A DNA stretch of 64,000 bases from Antedon mediterranea (lineage: Eukaryota; Animalia; Echinodermata), in NCBI RefSeq assembly GCF_964355755.1, contig NC_092676.1:25500871-25564870 (forward strand), in the 5' to 3' direction. Below the pieces are notes generated by a model. The model searched no databases and was not told where the DNA came from. It worked only from the letters and a program-made list of their open reading frames with translations. Shown here piece after piece: positions 23,658-36,137 of the stretch. Both the position numbers and the translations under genes were made by a program. Every line of letters starts with the position of its first letter. Position 1 is the first letter of the stretch.

Positions 23658-25289
23658 CCAGTATCTTGCTTACTAAATAATTGTAAACACAACTCGAATG
23701 ATCTCCAAGTGGAATATTCTGTAATCATAGAAAACAATGATACAGAAGAAAATAACAATTACACTGTAAGATAGCAAATCCCCTTTGAACTTATCCAATG
23801 ATAAACTATAGTATTTATGGTGTTGGGGATTTTTTAGAAAATTTTCAAAAGATTAAGTGTTTCTTTCTGCTAATGTGTAGGTTTATTTATGTGCCGCAAT
23901 TAATATTAATTGCACTCAAAATCATATTGACAATCTACTGTACATACTTGAACCCAATGATAAATATTTATTTCTAATTTTTATATCTTTATTTGTTGTT
24001 CTAGATATTTGTATTTGTATATAGGCCTAGATTGAGTGCTGTTTTATTAGGATCGCGTGAATAAACACTGCACATTGCAATACAGAAACAAGTTTATTAT
24101 CGGGGCAATTTGTTTTTAATTTCAATATTGACGATGGTAAAATGTTGGGAAAATAGGTTCAAAAGGGGCAACTGTACAAGGTGTCACGTGTTTGTCAAAG
24201 CGCTGCATTATATACCGTTATAATAAAGTTGAGTATTTGTTCATTTATTTTTTTTTTTTTTCCACATAAAGTAAGAAAAAAAAGATCAAGAAAAAACCTG
24301 ATTAAGTCTTTGTTTATGTGTGGAATCTCAAATAAGCCAATGAGGTCTTTAAGGCTGAGTTTCCAAAACACATTGGGCCTACATTGTACATGGTAACGTA
24401 GAATTGCTTTCTAAAAAAAAAAGAAGAAAAAAATCCAAACAGATTTTATTTGATATCAATAGAATAGACAAAGTAAGATATAAATTCCATAGGAGTAAAC
24501 TTATTAACTATCTAATCAATATTAATGGTTAAATATTTTTGTATTTTTGTTTTAATGTTATATCCTTAATTTGTTTTGTATATCACCGACATAAAAAAAA
24601 CGCTTGCATTAAATGATCACGTGAATAAACACTGCAATAACACCAGAGGATGTTGTTAATTCGCTTTTTATTTCTATAATGTTAATATATATTTTAATTA
24701 TAAACATAAGCGCCTATAGTTATTTAAAGTGAGTCAAATGATACAATGTTAAACTTGTTTGTATTTTGTTTGTCTTCATTATTTTACACACTCCAAAATA
24801 TGGTTGTATTATTATTGATAATGCCTTTCTGTTATGACTTATGTTATTCGGTGAAATGATATTCACCATGTTGATTGTAGGCAGACAATAAATAATATAT
24901 CGATACGATTATTATTACTTTTTAGGCCCTATACTAAAAAAAAGTCAAACGTTAAAAAATTAATTGTATTTTATTACACTTAAGTCTCATTTATATTATT
25001 GTAGCAAATTACTTTGATGTCCTATATTATCTTTTTCTTCTTTCGAAAGAATGATAACTTTGTTTTCCTTTATATGTCCGATAAACTCTCTTTTAATTCA
25101 CTAATTTGAATGTCTAAATCTGTTTTTGTACGGGATAACGCCGATTCAAGTTCTTTCGTCGTAGGTTCAAGATTTCGTATTTTTTCGGTAGAGTTTTGTA
25201 TGTATGTGTGGCCTTGTTCGTTAGGTTTAATAATCTCTACTTTAAATTTTAAATGTTAAAATGTTTTAATTACTAAACAGCATTATACA

Positions 25290-27776
25290 AACTGAAACTA
25301 CACCGAATGAATGGAATGAAGGGATAATTATCCCAATATTTTAAAAAGGAGATCGACGTGATCTCAACAACTATCGAGGTATCACACTTAATTCACGTGT
25401 TTCTAAAATTTATTATCGAATTATTGTATATAATATTTCTTAAATTTTAGAAGAAAATGACATCCTTGGTGAAGTCCAATGGGGCTTTCGGACAGACAGA
25501 TGTGAAGACCCCATTTTTGTCTTGAAAAGCATTATCGCCACAAGGCGTGCTGAGGGTAAAAAAAAACATTTCTAGTCTTTTTGAACTTTAAAAAAGCCTT
25601 TGTTTCAGTTTGGCGATAAGGGTTAATTACTGCTGCCAAAAGAATTGGTATCCGTGGTAAACTTCTTAACTTAATAAGAAATATGTACTATGATTGATGA
25701 GTTTTGTTCAATGACTTTAGTCATTTTAGCATTAATGAAGGAGTGAAACAAGGCTGTTCATTGTCACCAGTTCTTTTTCTATTTACATTAACGAACTAAA
25801 TAACCTAATCAAAAGTTATAAACTAGGTGTTCAAATCTATGACACACAAATAGGTGCAATATTCTTTGCTGATGACGTGGTTTTTAATCGGTGACAATGA
25901 GTCAGAACTTGTGAAACTACTTAAAGTAACAAGTGATTATTCACAAAAATGGAAATTAGAGTTTAATTTTGACAAATCAAATGTGCTCAGGTCACAGGGC
26001 AAAGAGTTAATCCACATAGAACATGGAGCCTTGGTAATCATTATATCACAGAAATGGAAATGTATAAATATCTTGGTGTAATAATATTACGTTCATACAG
26101 ATTCAGACAATATCGTTACAATTTGTTTTTGTTTTTTGGGCCTATTGTAAACCAAGTGTTTTAAAACTACTTATATAAAAAATCCTGTACCCTAATCTTA
26201 AATACAGTTACATATTACAAATAAGGGATAATAACTCTTAACTTTTGTGGAAAAATAAAGCGTTTTGGTTAAGTAGTTTTTTAGCAAATGTAATTTTAGT
26301 TTTAATGTTACATTCTGACTGCTCAGGAAAGGTTTGGCGACTTCGAAAATTTTCCCCTATCCTTTAACACTATCCGGTCACTGACAAACCAAAACACTGC
26401 TTCAAAAAAGGGGCTGTGCCGAAAAAGTATCTGAACCAATCACATTTTACATTAGGTCATTAGAAAGCTTGATTGATTAGCTTTTGCATGGTGGAACAGC
26501 CAATATCATTGGATAACTAGGTCAAACGTTATGAACGTTTTTGTAAAAATCTCAACAAATTGGCAGAACAAGCCTATTCTTTAAAACAGGGCAATTTTCA
26601 AATCGTCTAACTTTAAAAATCAATGCCGACGAAGTTTTTTTAAATTAAAATATTAAAAAATGTTTAAAATAACATGTTATTGTAGGTACTTAATTAGGCA
26701 TTACAATGTCGAAACAGCCATAAAAATCGGTCAATTAATAACAAAGTTACATTGAAAAACCAAAAAAATTGCTGTTTTTTGGTGATTTCATGCCGTTTAG
26801 CGGAAATCGCCCGGATTTTTGGGTACATAAAACAAATAATAAAAAAGGGAAATAGGATAATAGCCTATAGCTTATTACCTCTATTGTAAACAATCAGAAT
26901 GATTTCAATAGGGTATAGCATACTACGGTCATCTTTTATGGAGAACAAGGACTACCAACAATTAATTACGCCTCTGCAATATGGTTATGTAACTTTAAAG
27001 GCTCACTAAATAAGTTAGAAAATTTACAATACCAAATGGCTTTGAAGGCACCAAGAAACGTTGATGGTGACCTAGGATGGGAGACACTCTACACCATTCA
27101 AAATAAGTTTGGGATGTCCTACTTTAACAGAATTTAAAATATGGACGACCAAATGTGTCAAAAACTCCTATGTAAATCTATAATGGATGTAGAAGCTAAG
27201 GTGAAATGGAAGTGGATTACCCATATCAAAGATTTATTATGTAAATTTGATTTAGGAAATAAGTTTAATTTAAATCCGGAAAGTCAATGGTTTAAGAGTT
27301 TTACACATGCCAACTCTCTAGAAAATATTAAGGAATGGTTAAAAGGTGCATAAACAAAGTAAACCCTCTCCGAATATTTGAAATATAAACACGAACCTAA
27401 AGCATGCTTGATATGGTGAATTTTGACTCCTTTAGTTTAAAGTTTAAAGCGAGGTCTAACTCTCTTGATTTAGAAGGTAGATAAAATACATGGTCAGAAA
27501 ATGAGCCTGGTTTTTGCAAGCTATGCAACAATCAGGTAATTTAAACTACAGACCATTTTCTACTTGAATGTTCAAACCTTAAAAATGTAGGAGATACACA
27601 TTTTAACTAAAAATTGATTTATTGTATTGTGGTTATGATACATTCTGGGAGAATTTTAGAAGTGGTACAATCGACTACCAACATCATATTTCCATTTGAG
27701 AGAATAGGTGAAATTGTAGACAATCACTGTAAACAATACTTAGCTGCTGCATGGAGACATAGAAAGACTACACTTA
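25290..27776 (+). mobile_element. Decayed non-LTR retrotransposon, unit 2 copy
   Basis: Colinear duplicate of 10070-12570. Confidence 0.85.
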
Positions 27777-29804
27777 TATAATTATATATATAATATATAA
27801 ATGTTTACCGCCCACCATATTATCTACTAACTTTTATTTTACCATTTATCTAATTCAATAATATATATATTATATATATTTTTTTAAATTTTGTTTTCTT
27901 TCTCCAAAATTATATAATCTAACCTAAATCTAAATTAAATAATATAAATAAATAATACAGTACGAAAAATAAGACTAAATAATATAAAAATAGTATCACG
28001 TTTAATTAAATTACAAATAACTATTAAAATTAAATATAATAAGAACAAATAATCATATAACAGTTGCATTAATTTTAATAACAACAGTATATTAAAATTA
28101 ATTATCAATTATATTTTTTAATAATAATAATGATAATATTCGCTTTAAACTTGAAAATATTAATAATATTGACAACAAAAATAATGATAATAAATAGATA
28201 ATAAAATTAACTACATCATATAGGTCATATAGATTGTTCGATCTGTAAGATTATCTTGTTTTTACTATTTCATTTTACTTGTATAATTCGCTTCTTATTT
28301 AAGACTTAAATGTCTTTTCTTTTTGTGTTTAAATTGCCTTATAAACGCTGATACAAAAGCGTTTGTTCAATAAAAGTTTTAGTTTTTTAGCATCATACTT
28401 ATAAAATAATTGTAAACTCGGATCGAATGACCTTTAACAGTCCAATAGGAATATTGTGTAAACATAGCAAACGATAAAGCAAATATCAATACATTAACTT
28501 TAAAGCAATATCTCTCTTTGAACTCAGTTTATGATTACAAATGGATTGTTTCGAAAATTTACCAAAAAAAGATAGGCCTAATTTGATGATTGGAGTGTTG
28601 GTTTTCTTGCTAATCATTTTATATGTATTTGTCAAACGTTCCGCCTACTAATAGTAAATATATTGGTTTGCTTTTGCACTCATTAGGTTCATAGTTACCA
28701 CCTTTATAAAGAGTATCTGACTAAACAAACAAGGTAGATGAAACTCCCTAAAAACAAAATGTTAAATATAACGTTGAGAGGAATACGGTGTGAGTAAAAG
28801 AAACTAGATTTAATTCATCCCTATGACGAATTATAAGTTATATGCATTGATTTAAATAAGGATAATTTAATTTTTTAAAGATAGTAATTCATTGATTTTG
28901 TCAGAATTTATAATTAGTAAAGAAAGATAAAATCTTGTTGCCGCAAACACTGAACATCGAGCCACCATACACAACCAGAGATCCTTCCGCGTACGTCGTA
29001 AACCATTATGCATATAGATAATTACAATAATGAAAACATAAATCACTTTTCTCAAAATTTCATTATAAATCATACGTATAACTTATACACTAAGAAATCA
29101 AATTGAACAAATGCGGATATAAAACAAAATATTTATTCGTAAACGCGATCTCGGTACCACGAATATTATTAGACGTGATCAATTTGGAATATTGACATTC
29201 ATTAGAATTTAAAAAACATCTACTTTGTACACCAATGTATCATATATAATAATTGTCATAGTATGTCTAAAACAAGCAAAATTCCATTCATTCGGTTGTC
29301 ACTCGTGACTTCATCTCCTGACTAATGTAAAATAATTCATCAATTATTAATAAACAATACAATATCAGTATTACTTTTTGGTACTAGAGGTCAAATGAAA
29401 ATAAGATCAAATTGTTTATCTTACCCTTTGTACGTCAAAATTGTACAAGATATCTAAAAATTAGGCTTTACAAATAACTTTTAAAAATGGAGGTCCCCTT
29501 TTATTCCGAGAAGCTCATAGAGATTTAAAAAAATGGCATGTTTACACAAATAATTGTTTAGCTTGACGTGGAAATTTAAAGAAAACAATATAACTGTATC
29601 AGCTTTATAAAGCAAGTTTTTATTATGTGAATAATATTTAAAAAAATGTGAGATTGAAATGTGCTTAGATAATAGGTACAAAAAATCTGTACGAAGAGAA
29701 AGATCTGCCGAAATTCAGAAAATAGGAATTGAGAATAGGAAGTCTGGTGATAGCTTTTGCAATGTGAAATTTCATTACTTGCAGATGAATCATACATAAA
29801 TTCA

Positions 29805-30698
29805 TCAATCGAAATTTATACTATCTATATCTTCATAACTTAGGCCTTGATAATAATAAAACGGTATTCCGTTGTTTCCTCTATCTCCTGCAGCTTCACC
29901 CTCCTCATCCTGCTGCTGCTCCTCTTGTTCACACTGCTGCTCCTCTTCATCATCCTGCTGCTCCTCCTCACCCTCCTCTGGTCGATGAACCGAATGAAGA
30001 TTATTTAATGATATACAGACAATTTCTATCAACCGATTTCGTCTTCGGAATGGATTCATTAGTGCTAAAAACTTTGTTTTAATCCCCTTTCTGTTTTTCT
30101 TTTTTATTCTTATTTTAAGATTTGTTATTTTCTTAGCTCGAGCCTTTAAATCTCTTTCAACACTGGATACTTCTGTAATCCTTTGTGTAAGCGTACTTTC
30201 AAGATTTTGTAGTTGTTGAGTAACGTTTTGTAATTCATTTTTTAGTTCGTCCCTCGTTCTTGCAAGGTCTTCAATTTGTATAGCTCGGGCATCTGAATTT
30301 GTCATCATCTCATCCATCATTGATTTAATTTCATTTAGGCCTTGTTCATTTTCTACCTTGTTAAGAGCATCTTTCAGTCTTTCAATGTTCATGTTGTTTC
30401 TAGTAAAAGTTCGCCCTGATTCTATAGCTTTAATCAAGCATTCCTTAGCGTTATTAACCAAAAAATCCGGTGGAAGTTCTTCTAAACCATTCATTGGAAT
30501 TTGGGTTTCCCTTCTACACAAAGCACATTCAATTTTGAATTCATTAGGGTCCTCTCTACATTCTTCATATTGAATTATGCATTTTAAGCAAAACGAGTGT
30601 CCACACAAAAGACGTTTAGGCTGTTCCATTTGCTCCAAACACATTTTACATTGAGTAATCTCCTTTAAAAATGTAATTGGGTCGTCTGGCTCTGCCAT
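29805..30698 (-). CDS. RING-coiled-coil gene A (TRIM-type C3HC4 RING, coiled coil, basic motif, acidic E/Q tail), 297 aa
   Basis: Single ORF; CKMC..PKRLLCGHSFCLKC..CALCRRETQIPMNGLEELPPDF is a typical TRIM RING plus linker; no B-box; TATATAAG ~35-40 nt upstream of the ATG. Confidence 0.85.
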   Translation of the reverse strand: MAEPDDPITFLKEITQCKMCLEQMEQPKRLLCGHSFCLKCIIQYEECREDPNEFKIECALCRRETQIPMNGLEELPPDFLVNNAKECLIKAIESGRTFTRNNMNIERLKDALNKVENEQGLNEIKSMMDEMMTNSDARAIQIEDLARTRDELKNELQNVTQQLQNLESTLTQRITEVSSVERDLKARAKKITNLKIRIKKKNRKGIKTKFLALMNPFRRRNRLIEIVCISLNNLHSVHRPEEGEEEQQDDEEEQQCEQEEQQQDEEGEAAGDRGNNGIPFYYYQGLSYEDIDSINFD

Positions 30699-31256
30699 GT
30701 TGTACTTACTTACGATTTAAACTTTTAGCCCTTATATAATAACTTTATAGGGAGCTGACCTGCTTTCTTCGGTAAAAACAGTAACCAGTCAAATTGATTA
30801 ACGGACAACCACGTTTCGTACGTCTCACCACGTTTCAGTACAGTTTAATTATTCTGCGTTATTTCCACCACGATACATTTCCGCGCCTATATTTTGTAAG
30901 CATCAGTTTAGGTATCAGTTCGTAGACAAAGATTGTCATCTAGAATAAACAAGGTCTTCCTTTTATTTATTATCAATGATGTGATTATTTATCAAAAGAC
31001 AAAACTTATCTGTTACTGTCCATCGGTTTCCTACCCTAAAAAACTTTCCATCGGGTAAATCCACTTGAATGTTGGATATTTGAAGATGAATATGCGTCTT
31101 TTAAACACCCCCATTTGTAATGGGTTCGTCGGTGCATGTCATTTCGTGAGTGGCTGGCCGCCACAACAATAAAACAGGTCAGATAAAAGATCTCTGAATA
31201 CAATTTTCGGCATCGATTATTGTTTTCGACTTTCGACAATTCATTTTCACGTCAAA

Positions 31257-32384
31257 ATGTCAACATACGCGGATTCGGAGGAATTGGTTAGATTTTCTAC
31301 AATATGTTCAATGTGCCGTGAAACAAAGGTAGATCCCAGACTTCTTGAATGTGGTCATTCGTTTTGCTGTAATTGTTTAGATCAGAAACATAAAACCATG
31401 CAAAAGGCGAGTAAATCATTCTTTGCTGTCGATACTAACATTAGGTGTGTTGTTTGTCATAGTTCAAGTATAATTCCTAAAAAGGGTGCTAAGGAACTTC
31501 AAAAGCCTAATTTGATTGCTACCGCAACTGAATGTTTTAATATAGCTCAGCAAAATGCATTCATTTTTGTTAAACTTCCAGCATGCACAAACCCTCTTCA
31601 TAACGATGTCTTGTGGTGTGAAACATGTATGGTTTACATATGCAGTAGGTGTTCACATAGGCCTAGGCGAGAAGATCATAATCAGTACTGCCACTTTAGT
31701 TCAAATATCGATTTCTTAGAGGCCCATGAAAAGGTGAAACAAAGAATACGCAAAATTGAAAGAGAAAATAAACTATTAAAAGAGTCCAATGAATCAATAG
31801 GACAAAAAAAGGAACAAAGAGCCAGGCAACAAGTACAAAAACTTCAACGATTGAAAACACAGAGCGACAGTGACTTACAAACGGCCAAGCAACAAGTACA
31901 AGAACTTCAACGATTGAAAACACAGAGCGACCGTGACTTACAAAGGGCCAAGCAACAAGTACAAGAACTTCAACAATTGAATGAACAAACCGAGAGTGAC
32001 TTTAGAAACGCTTATGAAAGAATACAACATGTTGATTTAACGTTGGAAAAAGTAAACCAGCTTAGAGACAATTCTGAAACACAAACTAGAGACATACACG
32101 ATCTTGAACAAATAAAAGAACAAAACAATAGTGTAGTACAAAACGTAAAACAAAAAATAGAAGATCTTGAAGGTAAGATGGAAGAAATTAACCTGAAAAC
32201 TTCCAGTCTTAAAGAAGATTCTGATGCTCAAACTAAAAATTTAGAAATTCTTGAAAGAAAGCAAGAACAAATTGAATTACAAGAGCACACTCAAAAAAGA
32301 AAAAAGAAAATAAATGTTTTTTCTGCAGCGAGAAATCGATTCCGAAGACGAAGACATAATTCTTTCGATGATTTCATTGGGTGA
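31257..32384 (+). CDS. RING-B-box-like-coiled-coil gene B, unit 2
   Basis: Intact 375-aa ORF, ~21 aa differences from unit 1. Confidence 0.88.
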   Translation: MSTYADSEELVRFSTICSMCRETKVDPRLLECGHSFCCNCLDQKHKTMQKASKSFFAVDTNIRCVVCHSSSIIPKKGAKELQKPNLIATATECFNIAQQNAFIFVKLPACTNPLHNDVLWCETCMVYICSRCSHRPRREDHNQYCHFSSNIDFLEAHEKVKQRIRKIERENKLLKESNESIGQKKEQRARQQVQKLQRLKTQSDSDLQTAKQQVQELQRLKTQSDRDLQRAKQQVQELQQLNEQTESDFRNAYERIQHVDLTLEKVNQLRDNSETQTRDIHDLEQIKEQNNSVVQNVKQKIEDLEGKMEEINLKTSSLKEDSDAQTKNLEILERKQEQIELQEHTQKRKKKINVFSAARNRFRRRRHNSFDDFIG

Positions 32385-33997
32385 AGACAGCTTGTGCGGC
32401 AAGATGCGGAGCAATCAAAACTCAAACAGTAGCCTACATTGTATTACAAATTCACGTGTAGATCTCAGTAAATTATCACATTTTGTAAATTTCAGAACAA
32501 ACAATTTAGGTTCTTTGGATTTTTAGGCCATAATGTAGAGTAAATGAGTAAATAAAGTAATAAACTCCCAATTCTAAACTTGTTTTCAAAATTTAATGTA
32601 ACATTATCGGAGTTTAATAATCAAATCTAGCTAAACCATGTACGCCTACAGTTGTTTTTTTTTCCCAGTCTTTTTGCAATTGTGTGAGCTGGGACAAATA
32701 TTTATTAGAAAGTCGATTAATTAAATATGTATAATTTAGTTAAATTGAAGTTTCCCTGTTGTTTGTAATAATTGGAAGCTACAATTACGTTGTTAGTATT
32801 CTTTTAAATACGATATCACCAGACGTTTTATTGTTGTTGTTTCCGGCGCGGAAAATATGGGTGCACACTGAAAGGCGGAAAAAACGATGCCAGCTCATTA
32901 TTTCACTTTTTAAACAATACAAAAATGTTTAATTACAAACATCATGTAGACCTTTCTTTTAAAACTATTTATCAAGAGTAAAAGAAATTAGAAATGTTGG
33001 GATATTTTTTGTTTAACGAAAATGTCGGGAGGAAATTGTATTTTATCGGAAGATTATTCAAAAAAAGTAAGGTATGCTTTTCAATCAAATTTTAGAATTA
33101 ATAAATTGATACTAAACTGTATATGAAGATAACTTTTATTGACTATTGTATTATTTTTTCTCTGTGTTAGTTTCAACATCTTGCAAGCATATCATCGTAT
33201 GAGTATTAACTACTAATAAACAGGTGCAATAAATTAAATTTAACCCCCATTATAGATAAGCCGATAGTTTGAATCAATAACGAGGCATATACTGACCGTA
33301 TTAATTCGTAATTAATTTCTGTAATTTTTGGAAAGTGCCGAAAACGTTACAGTTAAATCAATTAACCCATATCAGGATTACTGTACATTGGTCCAATTGT
33401 TTTTTTCCCCATTAGACTGCACGCATCCGTACTGGGGTATAAAAATGACTGTAATTCATTGCACTCGAAATGTTTAAAGTTTGAAACATTATCCGCCATC
33501 CCTGGAGGGAGGTTGGAGGGTTTGGGTGGGGGAGTAATGGCGTTTCAAAATTACCGGAATCAGTGTACGAATGTTTTAAATACATTGAAAACTGCCAGGG
33601 AGAGGTTGTGGGTTGTGACGGTAATGGAGTATCAACATGGCCAGAATTACTCTGAATTTGTTTGCAGTTGTCCGATTTAGTTGGGAAACGGAAACTCATA
33701 GTCCCCCAGTCTTCATTTCATAAATCTTACTTTGTATAAAAGTACTATGTGGTTTATTCGAGTATAATATGCATATTCATTATAATTGAACATAACGATA
33801 TTGCAACAAGTGATCTATAAATTGTGAACTTGCCGGTACTGTCAACAGATAAAGTGATAAAATGTCTAGATTAAAAACTAATAGCGTCAATTATGATTTC
33901 GCTTTTGATTAGGTTTATTCACAAACTATAATGTTTGTGACTTCGTAAGAATTTACAAAGTTAAGTTGTGTTCAGGACCACCATCGGAAACTCACAA

Positions 33998-34316
33998 GTG
34001 AGTGAGTGGCCGAGCGGTTAAGACAGTGGAACCGTAATCACGTAGCCGTAACATCGGCAGGGGTTCGAGGCTCACTCACTCCATGGTTCTGGTGGTAGAA
34101 CGAGTCTTCTCGGATAAGGACTATAAACCGTAGGTCCAGTGTACACAACTTGCTCGTGTGCACTTTAAAGAACCTAGTACATCTTTCGAGACGAGTAGGG
34201 GGTTACCCCGGTGTATTAGTACATCACAGCCACTGATCACCAACTGGGCCCTCTGGGAGATCAGTCTTTGACTGAAGAGGTCACCCAGTATAAAGATAAA
34301 ACAAACAAACAAACAA
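33998..34316 (+). mobile_element. Full-length tRNA-derived SINE
   Basis: A box TGGCCGAGCGG, B box GGTTCGAGGC, stem GTGAGTGAG/CTCACTCAC, (AAAC)n tail, short ACAA(G) target duplication; empty site in unit 1 at ~19101-19115. Confidence 0.9.
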
Positions 34317-35529
34317 ACAAGACAAACATACACACAAGATGCTCTACATAAACAAAGTCTTATTACAAGTCTTTGGGAGTGGAGTTTGTCCTTAGAAAAA
34401 ATCCTGACATGTGACGGGACTTGAACCCAGGACCCTTGGAGTGTTTATTTTTTGTTTGATTGTTTGTTTTATTGTTTGTTGTCCATGGTCAATATCTCAT
34501 TGCTATGAGAATGTACATGTAATTTCCAGACCATATGCACTGATTATTATTATGTACCTAACTGTGTTCGTAGGGTGTACAAATAAATGAATGTTTATGA
34601 TTTGAATAGGAAGTGTGCTCCACGAAAAAATGTTTGTACCCGCTATAGGTTAAATGTCAAAATAAGGTGTTTTTAAACATTTTGTGTATTTCTGTTGTAT
34701 TAGAGCAAATATAATTATATATATTGCGAGAAATTTGAGACTAAAATTATAACTTTCTGACTAGTGGTTGCTGAGATATTGATTTGGCTATTTTCTTGAC
34801 CAATGGTCAAAAATAAAGTTTCACTGTCATTTTTTGGCAAAAGTTGTCCATTAAAGTGATAGAAATATGTATATTTTGAGTGTTTTGACACCAACTATGA
34901 CCATATCTACCCACAAATTTCTGAGATATGAAAAGTGTGCTCCAAGCCAAAAATATTTGTGCCGGCTATATGTCAAAGGTCAAAATTAAGGGTTTATTGA
35001 CAGTTTTATGATTTTTATTACATTAGAACAAATATAAACATATACTTTGCGAGTAATTTGAGACCACAATTATCACTTTCTGACCACTGGTTGCTGAGAT
35101 ATTTATATGTCCAATTTATTGACCAGTGGTCAGAAAAGGGGTTTCTGTCCACTTTTGGCAAAAGTTTGCCATTAGATTGAATAGAAATATGGGTCTTCTG
35201 AGTAGTTTGATACAAAAAAATATTCCAATACACCCAGTAGTTACCAAGTTACGCAAAGTCTTAACTTTGACCATATTGACCTTTTGGCCCTTGTACTGAC
35301 CGAGCATCCCAATTTTTTTCGGCCAACAGCAAAAAATTGATTTGTATTGATATAAGGAAGCAAAAAAACATTGTTGGCATAGTTTGCTAGAGGGTGCAGG
35401 TAAACCCCTTGTGGCTCCCCAACTATACGTAGGTCGCACAATCAGCATCTTGATACTACTGTACTTTATTCCTCTCTTTAAAGTGTAGACCTATAGCTAG
35501 GCCTATGTACTTAATAGCAATGTTAGATA

Positions 35530-36137
35530 AACATGTCGGTGATATACAAGAATGCTAAGATCAATAGAATGCATAGAATAGATGATGGATGTGTTCTATA
35601 CAGTGATACACTCAAAAAGAGTGTCGTAATGTGTAATAATAAATTTGAAGAAATATCTCAATTTGGCAAACAAATATTGAAAGTCCTCCCTAAGTGTTTT
35701 TAATTTCGATATTGACGATGGTAACCTTCTGGGTAAGATAGGTTCAAAAGGTAGTGAAGAAGGACAACTGTATATTCCACAATATGTCACCCTAATAAGG
35801 GAAGGTAATTTAATGATTACTGAGTCTGGTAATAATAGAATACAACTGTTTGATGCAAATGGTATGTATTTAGAAACACATATTGATCCGGGCGAAGAAG
35901 ATGGGAAAGTCCTTTGTGTATAGTAATGGACACGGATGAAAATATAATTGTATCCAGTGCTCATAAACTACAATTATTTGATAAAAAATGGTGTTTTTGT
36001 CAAACGAATAGATAATAAAGATGATGGAATTTGATGAAATTAAATTTCCATGCGGCATTACAATAATCGCTAATAGACCAAGACGACTGACAATTGCAAA
36101 CTTAGGAGAAAATAATGTTAAAATATTTAATTACTAA
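35530..36137 (+). pseudogene. NHL fragment A, unit 2
   Basis: As unit 1 fragment A, with an extra ~48-bp deletion and without the LINE tail. Confidence 0.9.

Larger units (their letters stand above)
8580..23802 (+). repeat. Tandem segmental duplication unit 1 (~15.2 kb, most diverged copy)
   Basis: Colinear with the following units; ORF offsets of ~15.2 kb (16075 vs 31257). Confidence 0.93.

Noticed and set aside
33998-34085. Functional tRNA gene
   Set aside because: The tRNA-like head continues into a SINE body and (AAAC)n tail, and the site is empty in unit 1
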